A stretch of 63,401 nucleotides of DNA, counting the filler, from Trichomonas gallinae (taxonomy: Eukaryota), in assembly GCA_008369845.1 (NCBI GenBank). It is 7 parts of 7 records of this genome, joined end to end, with 100 filler letters (N's around TTAATTAATTAA, not from the genome) between each part and the next. Parts side by side here need not be neighbours in the genome. Positions count along the whole stretch, not along the records: positions 29,947 to 33,883 come from MRSU01001034.1; positions 33,984 to 54,703 come from MRSU01001036.1; 5 more parts are not named here. One strand, given 5' to 3'. Under the pieces are notes generated by a model. That model saw nothing but the letters and a program-made list of their open reading frames with translations. It was not told the origin of the DNA and made no database searches. Shown here one piece after another: positions 31,470 through 42,803 of this stretch. How positions within the stretch are numbered: the first letter of the stretch is position 1; every line of letters begins with the position of its first letter. The position numbers and the translations under genes are program-made.

Positions 31470-32563
31470 TGATTTCGTTTTGTCATTTAAACAATGAAAC
31501 CAATTCTATTATGTCATATACCAGGAAGATAATCATTCTATAATTGCAAATGAAATTATTCTACCAGAAATTCTTCAAATTGATCAACAGGCTTTTGAGA
31601 AAGCTATATTACAAAACAACACATTCCCTTCTTCTCTTCAAATAGTGAATGCTTATACATTTAATTATACTGCATTTACAACATTGAATTTATCTTTATC
31701 AACTAATTTACTTTTTCAAGGTTTCCTCATATTCAGTTGGACTATAGGAAAAAATGAAATCATTTCGCCATCAACAACCACAGTCTAAACGATAAATTTA
31801 TGTGGATCTGGAATCAAGTCATTTAACGTGCCCGAATCATGCATTACAACAATGTATGGAGCTTTTGTTGAAGTAGAATTTACATCAATTACGTCAGATA
31901 GTCCATGTTTTGTTGTCCACAATGGAATTTTATATAACAAAGATTTGAAGACTTTAATCAAGTATCAATTGGGCATACAAACAGATATACTTCTAACTGT
32001 CACGATAATATCAGACTGTGGGGCTTTCCCATCCTTTTAATTTGTAGAATTTGTACTAAAAAGCCCTGTGTCTGAATTTTTCAAAGCTGCTTTCGCGAAT
32101 CTGAAAACATGTGACATATGTTGTTCGAAAGCAACAGTTCTGCCACTTGGAATGTTTATTGGATGTGGAGCTTTGATGAATGTAGTCATTCCTAACACAA
32201 TAACAAATATTAAGGAATATGTGTTTTACTAATACCCAAAATTGAAGAATATTTATTTGCCTTCGAGCGTGAATCAGTTTTGAGCCCTTTTACTATTACG
32301 CATTTAACTCAAATTATTGTGGAATAACACAAATGAACGGCCCACAAAGTTTTCCAAACGACTATGTTATCCATGTAACATCTGATTATCCTTATAGTAC
32401 GTTCTTCAGTCTTCCAAACTCGATTAAAACTTATCTTTGCGAACCAAATAAAATGAATTGCAATTTTATCAATCCTATAAACAAAATATGCACAATCCAT
32501 CAGATATGTTATAGGAACAACATTCCTTACTTTTTAATATTCCCATTTGTTTTCCTGCTTTAA
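31470..32563 (+). pseudogene. BspA-like (TpLRR) leucine-rich-repeat surface protein pseudogene
   Basis: Fragments in several frames with stops: ILPEILQIDQQAF, FPSSLQIVNAYTF, FVVHNGILYNKDLKTLIKY, GMFIGCGALMNVVIPNTITNIKEYVF; hydrophobic C-terminus at 32563. The 5' boundary is approximate. Confidence 0.8.
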
Positions 32564-33011
32564 TCAGATAAATACCATAAAATATATCAAATTTCTTTGC
32601 TATCGACAAATATTATTATTCGTTCATATAAATATTTCAATTATAAACGATTCAATGATAAATTTACAAAAACATAAAATATTGCAGAAAATACATCTAA
32701 AACTACGCGTATGCGTCATATACTAATGATATGATTAATAAATCATGATTGCTTTCACAGCAACATAAGAATTTTATAACACGAAATATATTCTTTGCAA
32801 TTTATCCTGAAACTAAATAATATGGCAGTATATAAGAAGTATATATAAAATTATGCATCTCGCTATTTAAACACATTATATTGAATGAGATATAATATTT
32901 TTAATGATGCGATTTTCTGGAATTCGCATGGTATTTAATCACATATGATAATTTTATGATTATTCGACAAATGTGGATGACATTTGACAACGATAATTTT
33001 CTGTCAAAAAA

Positions 33012-33578
33012 ATGACGCAAGAAATATTATCGAAAGTTGTTTTAATTGGCGATTCAGGTGTTGGAAAAACATCGTTAATCTATTTCATGAGTACAGGAAC
33101 ATTCAATGAGTCCTCTATTCCAACACTTGGCGCTGCTTTAACAAAAATCACTTGCGAAACTTTTTCAGAATCGATTTCTTTTCAGCTTTGGGATACCGCT
33201 GGACAAGAACAGTTTCGATCATTAGTGCCGGTTTACTATAAAGGCGCTGTTGCAGCAATTATTGTATTTAGCCTTACTGATCCTCAAACATTTATTCATA
33301 TTGAAGAGTGGATAGAACAGTTGAAATTACATGCTGATCCGGATATTAAAATGCTTGTTGTTGGAAATAAATTAGATGATGATATCAAATTAAATCCAGA
33401 TTCCGTTCATGAATGGGCAGCGTCTCATAATATTCAAGTTTTGCTAGTCTCTGCTAAAACAGGAGAAAATATAGAAGATTTGAAAGAATATATGGTTATC
33501 AATTTTAAGAAGCTTCCTGAACAAGAGAAACCAATTGCTTTAGATGCTTCTACAGAAGAAAAAAGCACATGCTGCTAA
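33012..33578 (+). CDS. Rab-family small GTPase
   Basis: GDSGVGKTS, PTLGAA, WDTAGQEQFRSL, GNKLD, SAKTG and C-terminal CC prenylation motif. Confidence 0.96.
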   Translation: MTQEILSKVVLIGDSGVGKTSLIYFMSTGTFNESSIPTLGAALTKITCETFSESISFQLWDTAGQEQFRSLVPVYYKGAVAAIIVFSLTDPQTFIHIEEWIEQLKLHADPDIKMLVVGNKLDDDIKLNPDSVHEWAASHNIQVLLVSAKTGENIEDLKEYMVINFKKLPEQEKPIALDASTEEKSTCC

Positions 33579-33729
33579 GAGTTTTATTTTAATTTTGTTT
33601 TTGTTTTCTAATATTATCATGGTTTAAATAAGTTGTTTAAGTATATATATTATGCTGAAATTCATAATATTGCAAATGAACAAAAGGTATAATACAAAAA
33701 AATCCAACGAATAACATATTCAACTCATA

Positions 33730-33883
33730 TTAAGGCTCGACCGACATAGTTAGTGAGGGGGTGACACCAAAATGGATTTTTCATTCATGGGTAGGGGGTC
33801 ATACATGCTGTTACGTGTGTTTTGACCAAAAATGCATAAGCATGCATTTTACTCCAATTGGACATTATTAACATACTATTGTA
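33730..33883 (+). mobile_element. TTAA-GG transposon-like terminus, truncated by contig end
   Basis: TTAA-GGCTCGACCGACATAGTTAGTGAGGGGGTGACACC; abrupt GC rise, running to the assembly break. Confidence 0.45.
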
Positions 33884-33983
33884 NNNNNNNNNNNNNNNNN
33901 NNNNNNNNNNNNNNNNNNNNNNNNNNNTTAATTAATTAANNNNNNNNNNNNNNNNNNNNNNNNNNNNNNNNNNNNNNNNNNNN
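33884..33983. other. Artificial contig linker
   Basis: N44-TTAATTAATTAA-N44. Confidence 0.99.
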
Positions 33984-34059
33984 TCAAAATTTAGTCTGCG
34001 CAATCTTGAGAAAAATGCACTTTTCGAAAATTTGTAAACTTCAGAATTTCAACCCTTAA
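33984..34059 (+). mobile_element. Transposon right terminus ...ACCC-TTAA (Kolobok-like)
   Basis: Ends AACCC-TTAA, the complement of TTAA-GGGT. Contains the 18-mer shared with 21699-21716. Confidence 0.55.
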
Positions 34060-34509
34060 ATTTTATTAATTAGGGCTTTACACCAGACCCCCTCAAATAT
34101 TTTAGAATTGCTTCATTTTCATTAAACTCTTAAGGATGACGAGAAAATTTGTTGGTACACTATATTTAAACTTTTTGGAGTTATATTAGTTCTCATTAAG
34201 AGAATATATAACAAATTTGCAAAAAATACGTAAATAATGTGATTCCATGGATGTATAGGGTGCAATATCCTAATGACAATCTATATTAACTATGTTGATG
34301 ATTATTTAAATAATAGTAGTGATTTTTATTGATAATGAATTAATAAGGTTAAATCTTAAAAATTTGTTTGTAAACAAATATTTGACATGTAATTGACAAA
34401 ATTATAAATTTATGTGTCATATAAATTTGAAACTTTTAAAAATTAAATCAAAGTTGGAAATTGATAGGTATGATGTTTCTTTATCGTAAATTAACTTTAT
34501 TTTTTGATA

Positions 34510-34968
34510 ATGAATGATTGGAAAAATGTTGATAATCGCAAAATCTTTGAAATAATGAATGAAAATGGAACTATGAACTACCTGAAGGCTAAAGAGTTAT
34601 ACTTAACAGTTAAATTGTTAATAGCTTCAAAATCGCGGATAATTCATAACGGAATTCTTCTTACAGATGCAAATACATATCGAAAAGAGTCGTATATGCT
34701 TGCACATGAACTAGTTGCAACATTTTTAAGAAATAATCATCTAAAATTCTCGCTAAATTCAATGAATGAAGAGTATCCTGAAATCTATCCGATAATTCCA
34801 AAGAAAAGTATGTCCAATATCAAACTTAAATTAAATGATACTGTATTTCCGCTGAAAGAACTCATTGGATACAAAAAGAATAAAAATGTTAATAAACATA
34901 AACAAATACCACAGCCTACAATGACAAATGTATCAGACTCAGATCCAGGACTAGATCTATCAGATTAA
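34510..34968 (+). CDS. LisH-motif protein resembling FOP/FOR20/TON1 centrosomal family
   Basis: MNENGTMNYLKAK resembles the TOF segment (LEENGVLNRIKA); ELVATFLRNNHLKFSLNSMNEE is LisH-like. ATG at 34510. Confidence 0.55.
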   Translation: MNDWKNVDNRKIFEIMNENGTMNYLKAKELYLTVKLLIASKSRIIHNGILLTDANTYRKESYMLAHELVATFLRNNHLKFSLNSMNEEYPEIYPIIPKKSMSNIKLKLNDTVFPLKELIGYKKNKNVNKHKQIPQPTMTNVSDSDPGLDLSD

Positions 34969-35230
34969 CTACATCAAAACAAAATTTTTTTTTTTGCAAT
35001 TAATTTGAATGCAAGTGAAATTTCAAAAGCAAGCCAAACAAACATACTTTGCTTGTGGCAATGACCTAGAAGCAACAAGAAATTGTCTTGCAACACTTCA
35101 TTATTTTGTTTTTATAAATCTGTTTGTATTATTTTTCTTAATTTTTTTATTTTTATATTTATATTTCTGCTGTATAGAAACAATTTTTTTATTTGCTAAA
35201 TAAAACAACAATACAAACATTTTATTAATA

Positions 35231-36976
35231 TTAACACATAGACATTAAACTTAAAATCGATGGATCAATAATCTTCTCCATGTTTTCTTTATTTACTTGA
35301 GGTAAAAAGTCTGGTAAATGCAGGGAACCTGAGATAAACTGTATATCTAATTTTGTTTCTGACTTAATATCATTATCAGGAGCCGATGGTTGCAGGAACT
35401 GATTTTCAACATGAGAGTTATCATGTGGTGATGATACTATGTCAATAGCATCTTCTGTAATATTAATTAATTTCTTTCCTTGTTTATAACTTGTAAATAA
35501 CTGCTGAAAATATGCTGGAATTCCGAATTGATCATAAACTACATTCTTTGGTATGAAATCACGATGGAATTCAATAAATTTTGTTAATTTTTTGTTGTCT
35601 TTGATATTCTTAAAAATTGTCTGTTTCTTCAAACTAATCTCAGCATTGGTTCTGCCTGGGCAATATTGTTTCAGTTCATTTGTTGACATTCCGATTGATG
35701 ATAATTCAAGAATATGTCTAATTTCATTTTGTGACCATTTATTGAGAGATTTGTTACGCTTTTCTAAGGAGCAATATGCAATATACATTAAATAAACCAA
35801 ATATCCTAATGTATATCCTGGAAACTTTTGCATTAGGTTAAATCCTTTGCAACCATCATCATAGTAGCTAGAAATAACTTTTATGATATTGATATCATCA
35901 TTTGGATTCTTAATAAATCCATTTTTATCAAGTTCAACAACATTTTCTTCTTCTTCAGTTTTTGGCATTTGAACTTTAATCTGGTTTGATAAATCATGCT
36001 GATGATTTGATTCTTTGATATGATTATGATTGTTTGCTATAAGAAATTTTTTCAAATTTTTTGTAAGTTGTAATTTAATGTCATTCAGACTATTAGAACA
36101 GATAATTGTAAAGTCTGGATAGGTTCTGGCAAAATCAATTAATTTTTCAGAATTCGAAATTTGATCAAAGATCGAATCTGCAAGTACTTTGAGTTCACTT
36201 GCATCTTTGACGCCAATTATTGATATTACCTCGGTTGCAGTGGATTGTCCTATCATGAAATGCAATAAATCTTTTAATTTCTTTTTGAGATTCAGTTTAG
36301 TTTTTGTCTTTGAAATATTGTTTGCGAGGTAAAACAGTGTGAATATGATTTCGGTGGCAATGGAGTCTGGATACTTGCATATTACGCAAGGAATACTTTT
36401 ATTTGAATCGAAATATGTTTTAATGAGTTGAGAGACATTGATTTCAAATGACTCTGGAAATATTTCATCTAATGAAGCATCATGAGCTAAAGTTTCTGTG
36501 ACATTTTCTGGTTTTTGTTTTGTTTTATTTTCATTGTAGCTTGAATTTGATGTATCTGTTTCTTTTTCTGGATTACAGTTTCGTACATAATCTATTTTTG
36601 CGGTAGATGCATTTTGTAGAGCGTGGTGAGCAATAATCTTACAGTTTTTAGTAAAATTAAGAATGCTGACAATTGTTTGACGTTTAAATCCCATATTTTC
36701 GAAAGCTTTTATATCGTTTTCGCTGATATTTGAGATATCTTCACAAAAATCTGCTTCGTTTTCAATGATTTGTGCGGTCAGTTTAGATACCTTTTGCTTG
36801 TATTCTACTTTAGGAAATGAATTATTCGATAATTCTGTATCGTTACTGAATATATGAATCCAATTTGGAGGGCACATCAAGTGTTCAGCAATTGCGAGCT
36901 TCAGTGATAGTGCTGTCGTGGTTTTCTTGCATAAAAACTTGATTTTGAGACAAAGTTGCGGAAGGAAAAGTTTCAT
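35231..36976 (-). CDS. Hypothetical protein with UBA-like and Myb/SANT-like segments
   Basis: IKAFENMGFKRQTIVSIL (UBA MGF loop); KWSQNEIRHIL...PGRTNAEISLK (Myb-like). Inr TCATTTT just upstream. Confidence 0.7.
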   Translation of the reverse strand: MKLFLPQLCLKIKFLCKKTTTALSLKLAIAEHLMCPPNWIHIFSNDTELSNNSFPKVEYKQKVSKLTAQIIENEADFCEDISNISENDIKAFENMGFKRQTIVSILNFTKNCKIIAHHALQNASTAKIDYVRNCNPEKETDTSNSSYNENKTKQKPENVTETLAHDASLDEIFPESFEINVSQLIKTYFDSNKSIPCVICKYPDSIATEIIFTLFYLANNISKTKTKLNLKKKLKDLLHFMIGQSTATEVISIIGVKDASELKVLADSIFDQISNSEKLIDFARTYPDFTIICSNSLNDIKLQLTKNLKKFLIANNHNHIKESNHQHDLSNQIKVQMPKTEEEENVVELDKNGFIKNPNDDINIIKVISSYYDDGCKGFNLMQKFPGYTLGYLVYLMYIAYCSLEKRNKSLNKWSQNEIRHILELSSIGMSTNELKQYCPGRTNAEISLKKQTIFKNIKDNKKLTKFIEFHRDFIPKNVVYDQFGIPAYFQQLFTSYKQGKKLINITEDAIDIVSSPHDNSHVENQFLQPSAPDNDIKSETKLDIQFISGSLHLPDFLPQVNKENMEKIIDPSILSLMSMC

Positions 36977-38333
36977 TTATAAAAAAATGATTTTGGAAAA
37001 TTTTGAATTCCGATAACTTTTTTGGATTTTATTGTGGATTCATTGTCTACACATTATTTGTGAAATCTATTTTTATTTTTTACCACCACAAAATTTTTGC
37101 ATCAAGATGGAAAATTGACAGGAAAATTTCCACCATTTTTAGGTTAAACAGTAGAATAAAGTCCACTTTCTCTCAATATTGAGACCTTTGTAAACCTATG
37201 ACTTTACTTTTTGAGGGCACTATAGAATCCAAAAATTATTCTGAATTAGAATAATTTCCAATGCAAAATTTCATGAAATTCATATTCATTTTTTATGCTA
37301 CTAAAATTCTTAAATAGTTGTGATACTTTTCACGGTTTCATTCAATTTTGAATTCACCTTGAAAAGAATAACGAACATTTTGCAAACATGATATTCAAAT
37401 CTGTCAAAAGCTTCAAAATATAGGTAAACTAATGTTTCCGTTTTGATCCATTTGGAAATTTTCCGACATGACAAAATGAACATCTTGTTCCAATATGGAA
37501 ACATTAGGGTAAAACTAAAAATACGTTTTATTCAAAAATTAGGTAAACTAAAAAGAAAGTTTCATTCTGCAAATGAAAAAAAATCTCACCATCAGAAAAT
37601 ATATCGCTTGTTTTGATTGCTTCTATAGCGTTTTCATATAATTTTTTACCTAATGCTTCAAAATATATATATATATATATATACTGATTTTTTAGGAAAT
37701 TACCAAAATTATATGGAGCACATGACATTTAGGAATGATTCCCATATGATTGATCTAGGTACCTACATTGAAAACTGCAATTGCAAAAATATTTTATTTA
37801 TTGATTACATTTTAAATGCATTTATTAGATATATCAATCATAGACAAAATAGATGTAATCGCTCACCAAATTATCAATGACATTGACTTTTTCGATGATA
37901 TCAACTTAAGTTCGCATGTTTCTTTATTAATAGTTTTGAATTCATTTGTTGCAATCGAAGAAAATCTTATGGTTTTTGATCAATTATGGGAAGCAATATC
38001 AATAGTTAGAATGTCATTGCCTCTACTTGTTTCAATCTACAACTTCTGTGAAAGTCTTGCTTTGATAATCCTAGGAATGTCGGCGCTTTTAGTATTATTT
38101 AGGGAAGAAAACATAGAACTATATAATGATTCACCTCAATTTCAAACATGCTACGCAAACATTTCCAAATTTTATTCGTTATATATAAAATTATTTGTGA
38201 ATCGATAGTTATCCAGTTTTGAAAAATTTGATCAAGTTTTTGTCATATTTAGCATTGCCATAGGATACTTTGTCAATAGTCATTCCTAGATTACATATCC
38301 TTCATAGCATTTGTCCTGATGAAACTCTATGTT

Positions 38334-39713
38334 TTATGGAAGAAATATACTTTCGTCGAAACATGAATCAATTTGAGGAGAGAGAAACATCATTGATATA
38401 ACTTTATTGAAATTTCGTTCATAATCTATAGATTTTTTGACTTTTGTGATAATAGTGACGCCGTATCCAATATTGTACGACTTTTTCACAGATGGAACAC
38501 CATATTTATTTTCTGCCCAAAGAATTAGAGTGTGATTCTTTCCTGGTTTAATAGCGTCAGGAAAACCAATATTATATGTTGAACTGGTTGATAGCTCAAT
38601 TCTTCCATTATCGAATCTATATTTAAACTTTGCAGCATTGTTTGCATGTGTCACAACTGTAATTCTATCATTAACTGCATAACTCTCTTTTGGTGGTGTC
38701 ACAACTGTGAAATCAGGAGGGCGCGAAACAGATAAAGTTCCTTCAACTGATATCGTCTCAGCTTTACTATATATATTATCTTTTGCTGTTATTGTATATT
38801 TGAATAATGGACCTTGACCTACATTTACTGGTATAAAGAATTCCTCTTCATGATTGCTTGATGTAGCTGTAAACGATTTCTGAATTGGAGAGTTACCATT
38901 TGATAATGTTATAGTAATAGGTATAGTTTTCTGACGTGTTCTTAGATCATATTTAAAAATTTTGAATTTAATTTGAGTTGCTTCATTCTGTTCGTAGTGT
39001 TCTTTCTTTTTTGTAAGGTCAATGATTTCAGGAGCTGTTTCAAATGTTGTAGTGTGTGCTCTAAATCCTAAAACAAAGCTTTCCCCTGGTGGAATTTCAT
39101 GATCTACCCAGGAAAACGCAATGCTTGAATCTTGATTTATTACCGATTCACCATGATTTTTGAAGAAGGGAAGCTTGTAAATGTTCGATTTTTGTTGACT
39201 AGTCAGAGCTCCAATGAACATGTGATCTACTCTTGGATACAGTTTTTCATTTGTTAGAATTGAAAATGATTGCGAAGATTGGACTCCATATAACTTGAAT
39301 CCTCGATTACTATCAAGTTTTTCGACACTAGATTCATCATCACCTCCATATGCAACATCAGCAGCAACTCCTAAACTGATTTTTTTATGGAAATATCCTA
39401 AATTTGAGACATTAAACTCGATGTAATAGAATTTATTCGAGTCATCTTTATGTGACATTACAACTGTTATATCATCATAAGTGGAAGTACTATTTTCTAA
39501 CCATTTCAATAGTTGTATAGCGCTTTCATCTCCATTATTGTTAATTTTGTAGCCCACAAAATAGCCTCTAGCATCTTTTGTAGTCTTTAATTTTTGTTCA
39601 TAGCCTTGGTTGTCTGTGTGGTAAGTGATTTCAAAAGCAGCATCAGTACTTTTTGGCTTTTCCAATGTTAACCATGTTTTTGAAAGAGCACTAGGTATCA
39701 AAAAACAAAACAT
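38334..39713 (-). CDS. Bap-like/Ig-fold putative surface protein
   Basis: Likely start MFCFLIPSALS (39713, signal-like). SLGVAADVAYGGDD and DSSIAFSW...IPPGE resemble trichomonad Bap-like proteins; beta-rich repeats follow. Confidence 0.65.
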   Translation of the reverse strand: MFCFLIPSALSKTWLTLEKPKSTDAAFEITYHTDNQGYEQKLKTTKDARGYFVGYKINNNGDESAIQLLKWLENSTSTYDDITVVMSHKDDSNKFYYIEFNVSNLGYFHKKISLGVAADVAYGGDDESSVEKLDSNRGFKLYGVQSSQSFSILTNEKLYPRVDHMFIGALTSQQKSNIYKLPFFKNHGESVINQDSSIAFSWVDHEIPPGESFVLGFRAHTTTFETAPEIIDLTKKKEHYEQNEATQIKFKIFKYDLRTRQKTIPITITLSNGNSPIQKSFTATSSNHEEEFFIPVNVGQGPLFKYTITAKDNIYSKAETISVEGTLSVSRPPDFTVVTPPKESYAVNDRITVVTHANNAAKFKYRFDNGRIELSTSSTYNIGFPDAIKPGKNHTLILWAENKYGVPSVKKSYNIGYGVTIITKVKKSIDYERNFNKVISMMFLSPQIDSCFDESIFLP

Positions 39714-40492
39714 TAATCTAAATACAAAAATATTCAATCCGCTACTCTCAAATCGATTCTGGTGAATAATCATATCTTATTCTATTATTATATGCAATAT
39801 TCTTGATATAAAAATGTCATTCAATGCTGTTTATTGATTTCAAAATTTGTTAACTGAATCCGCAAATTTTGTCTCAAATTTTGTTTCAAATGTGGCAGAA
39901 TATCATTTTACTATGTTTATCTGCATTTGATGTCTTAGATGAATATTACAAATCGAAATAAAAACGTAACAATATTTTAAGAGAAAAGTTTTCAATTAAA
40001 AATCGATTATTTTTTTGAATTTGTACGAATTAAAGGTATTTAGTGATTTGTAACCATATACAACATGAATAGATTCATGCATATGGCATTCATATGTGAT
40101 GACTGATGGAATAATTAGAATGATTGCGTCGAAATTTATTGAAAAAAACTAATAAATAATTCAGTTCAATATTTAATCGATTTATCTATTGTATTCATTA
40201 GATTTATAATCTCAATAGATTGGCATAATTTTGATATTTTTCGATATGAAAGCTATGAGAGAGAAATAAATTTCGATTAAGAAAATGAGAATACTTCCTA
40301 TATTACATATGATACCAATTAAAAAAATTGTTCTTAAACAACGAACAAGAATTATGCATGATGTGACTTACATGTCAAAAAAATATTTACATGTCATATA
40401 TAGGCCTTTACGCGTCATATCGACTTTTACGTGACATAAATTACTTTACATGTCAAGTTCTTTTTACAAAAAGTGTTAGATTTTATATTTTT

Positions 40493-41935
40493 ATGGGAAA
40501 CGCAACATCAACTTCTATTTCAGCGCAAGACTTTATATTGATCCTACAGAACGAAAAATGCATAGCATCGCATGCCGTATGGGCGCAATTGTCTTTGGAC
40601 GACTTAGACGAATTTACAATCGAACAAACTTCACTTGACGACTTAATAGCTATACGAGATAACGTGCCTACAAACTTTGTATGCTTAGCAGCAGCAACAA
40701 GTATCGGATTTTCACACATTACAATTCTATTGGTTGAACAACCAACGAGAATACTTGCCGTTCAGCGTTTCTTATGGTTTATTAGACTATTACTAACAGT
40801 TCCTGATACATCTCTTACTCGAAATTTGTGGTTCCAAACCGCATTTATATTTAATCAATCATTTGTACCTGCAGAAGTATTAATTTCATCATGCTACAAC
40901 ATTTTGTTCATAGACAATCCAACAGACGATGAAGATATCAAATTAGTTAAAATTGATGTAGTCGAAACAATGTTGTATTTCATAAACCAATCGTTCATCA
41001 CTCGCTACAATGCAGATGACCTGCCGAATTTCATCAATGCATTTGACAACTTCAACGCACAAGAAAGCATAAGATCTCTGATAACTTATTCATTCAGTCC
41101 AAGAGTTTTGAATTCTTTTCTAGTTTTAGTTTCTCAGTGCATTTTCACATTAAAGAAATGGAAGACTGTTGTTGAGAAGACGCAATTAGAGTACTTAGAA
41201 AACTTTATACTGCAGAATATTTTAGATGATAACATTGCTATTATTCCATTTGCTTTTTCTGTCATTTTAAATCACAACAAATTGATGGAAAAGTGGATGG
41301 GACCAAAAATCGCTAGAGAAATGTCAACGAAATTCTTATTGTTCGCTCATAATCTTTCTAAGGAAGGTAAATCTAACTCGTCATTCATTCTTTTGTTCTA
41401 CATGGTATACATGCTGATGGAGCATCTAGATGTCAACACTCCATGCAATTTCTTGCATGCATCTACATTATCTGATTTAGCTTTTGAGTGCATCACTGAT
41501 CCAATTGTTTTCAATTTTAATGTATCGAAGCCTATCATTCCTATGTGTATGGACTGCTTGTCAATGATTTGCCGCAAAGTATCAAAGATATCTGATTTTG
41601 TTGCACTAAGATTAATAACTTTCTTTAGATTGTTCAAAGAATCTGACATGGTTGTTGACTCTGATTTAGTTTATTATTATAAGCAGCTTCTGGTTATTAT
41701 AAACATGATGATGCAAAAGAATCAGAAAATGGCAATGTTTTGTCATCATGAAGCTGATCTTTCAGCAGAGCTTTCATCGCTTGAAAAAGATGCTCAAATC
41801 AATGTCAGACCTTTAACAGAAATTGACGAAAAGATTAAAGCTAAATTCAATATAATATTCGTTGTTATATCAAGAGACACATTCCCTATTGATTTCTCTC
41901 AGTTCAAAATATCTGATGATGTCCTGTTTGATTAA
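40493..41935 (+). CDS. HID1/dymeclin-like protein with N-myristoylation signal
   Basis: Likely start MGNATS (MGxxxS). W.Q...DDLIAIRDNVPTNFVCL resembles the HID1 N-terminus. Confidence 0.6.
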   Translation: MGNATSTSISAQDFILILQNEKCIASHAVWAQLSLDDLDEFTIEQTSLDDLIAIRDNVPTNFVCLAAATSIGFSHITILLVEQPTRILAVQRFLWFIRLLLTVPDTSLTRNLWFQTAFIFNQSFVPAEVLISSCYNILFIDNPTDDEDIKLVKIDVVETMLYFINQSFITRYNADDLPNFINAFDNFNAQESIRSLITYSFSPRVLNSFLVLVSQCIFTLKKWKTVVEKTQLEYLENFILQNILDDNIAIIPFAFSVILNHNKLMEKWMGPKIAREMSTKFLLFAHNLSKEGKSNSSFILLFYMVYMLMEHLDVNTPCNFLHASTLSDLAFECITDPIVFNFNVSKPIIPMCMDCLSMICRKVSKISDFVALRLITFFRLFKESDMVVDSDLVYYYKQLLVIINMMMQKNQKMAMFCHHEADLSAELSSLEKDAQINVRPLTEIDEKIKAKFNIIFVVISRDTFPIDFSQFKISDDVLFD

Positions 41936-42232
41936 AAACTTTGTTTGTTATGATTATTTTAAGACAATAAATATTTTATTAATTATTAATATACAGAAGC
42001 GTCTATAGCATTTATATTGATATTTCCTTATCATAATAGCACATAATGCACAACAGAATGATATGTTGATTTTTAATTTAGCTAAATACAATAACATAAA
42101 TATTTTCATTTAGATAAACAATTTGCAAAAAAAAAAATAATAATCAATGTTTTTCATCTATATGAAAATATATATGATAAACAATCTGCAAATCAATAGA
42201 AAATAATATAATATATATCAATACTAAAGTGT

Positions 42233-42544
42233 TTATAATGATTGCAAAAGTTCGTTTGCTTCTATAACAAGAGGATCATCTGGGAATCCATTTGCTGAAT
42301 TGAGGGAAACTCTCAGCTTTTCAACAAACGTGTTTAATTTCTGGGCACAGTCAGCATGAGCTCTTACAGATTCATTTTTGAGCTCTATGATGGATCTATG
42401 TTGTGGTGTGTTGACATCAAGATCTGAGTTCTGGAACTTTTGTTCTGCTTCAGCAACTTCATCTTCGTAGCTCTTTGTCTCCTTTATTAGGCGCTTGACA
42501 GCTCCAATATTGATTCTGAGATCATTGGCGACTTTTGCATCCAT
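42233..42544 (-). CDS. TBCA: Tubulin-binding cofactor A
   Basis: LRINIGAVKRLIKETKSYEDE matches TBCA IKTGVVKRLVKE; 103 aa; ..ES....DC..KL. Confidence 0.88.
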   Translation of the reverse strand: MDAKVANDLRINIGAVKRLIKETKSYEDEVAEAEQKFQNSDLDVNTPQHRSIIELKNESVRAHADCAQKLNTFVEKLRVSLNSANGFPDDPLVIEANELLQSL

Positions 42545-42803
42545 GTCTTATGAATAATGAAGTGACTTTGTGAACGTTTTAAATTACAAAACAATATATA
42601 GAAAACAAGATGATTAGGTAAAAATCTTTATAAAAGTTCCGGCTATTTATAAAAATTTTGATGTTTTCAAAAGACATCAATAAGGGAAATGATGAACTTT
42701 CCTATGATGCATCCTAATATTATGAATGCAGCTCTATTTAATAAATTATGGTGGTAAATTATGGTTTACATGTCAAATTTAATATTTATATGTCATTAAT
42801 TTA

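Noticed and set aside
37816..38208. 130-aa ORF in AT-rich region
   Set aside because: No recognisable motif or clear promoter; may be a gene remnant but I cannot support it.
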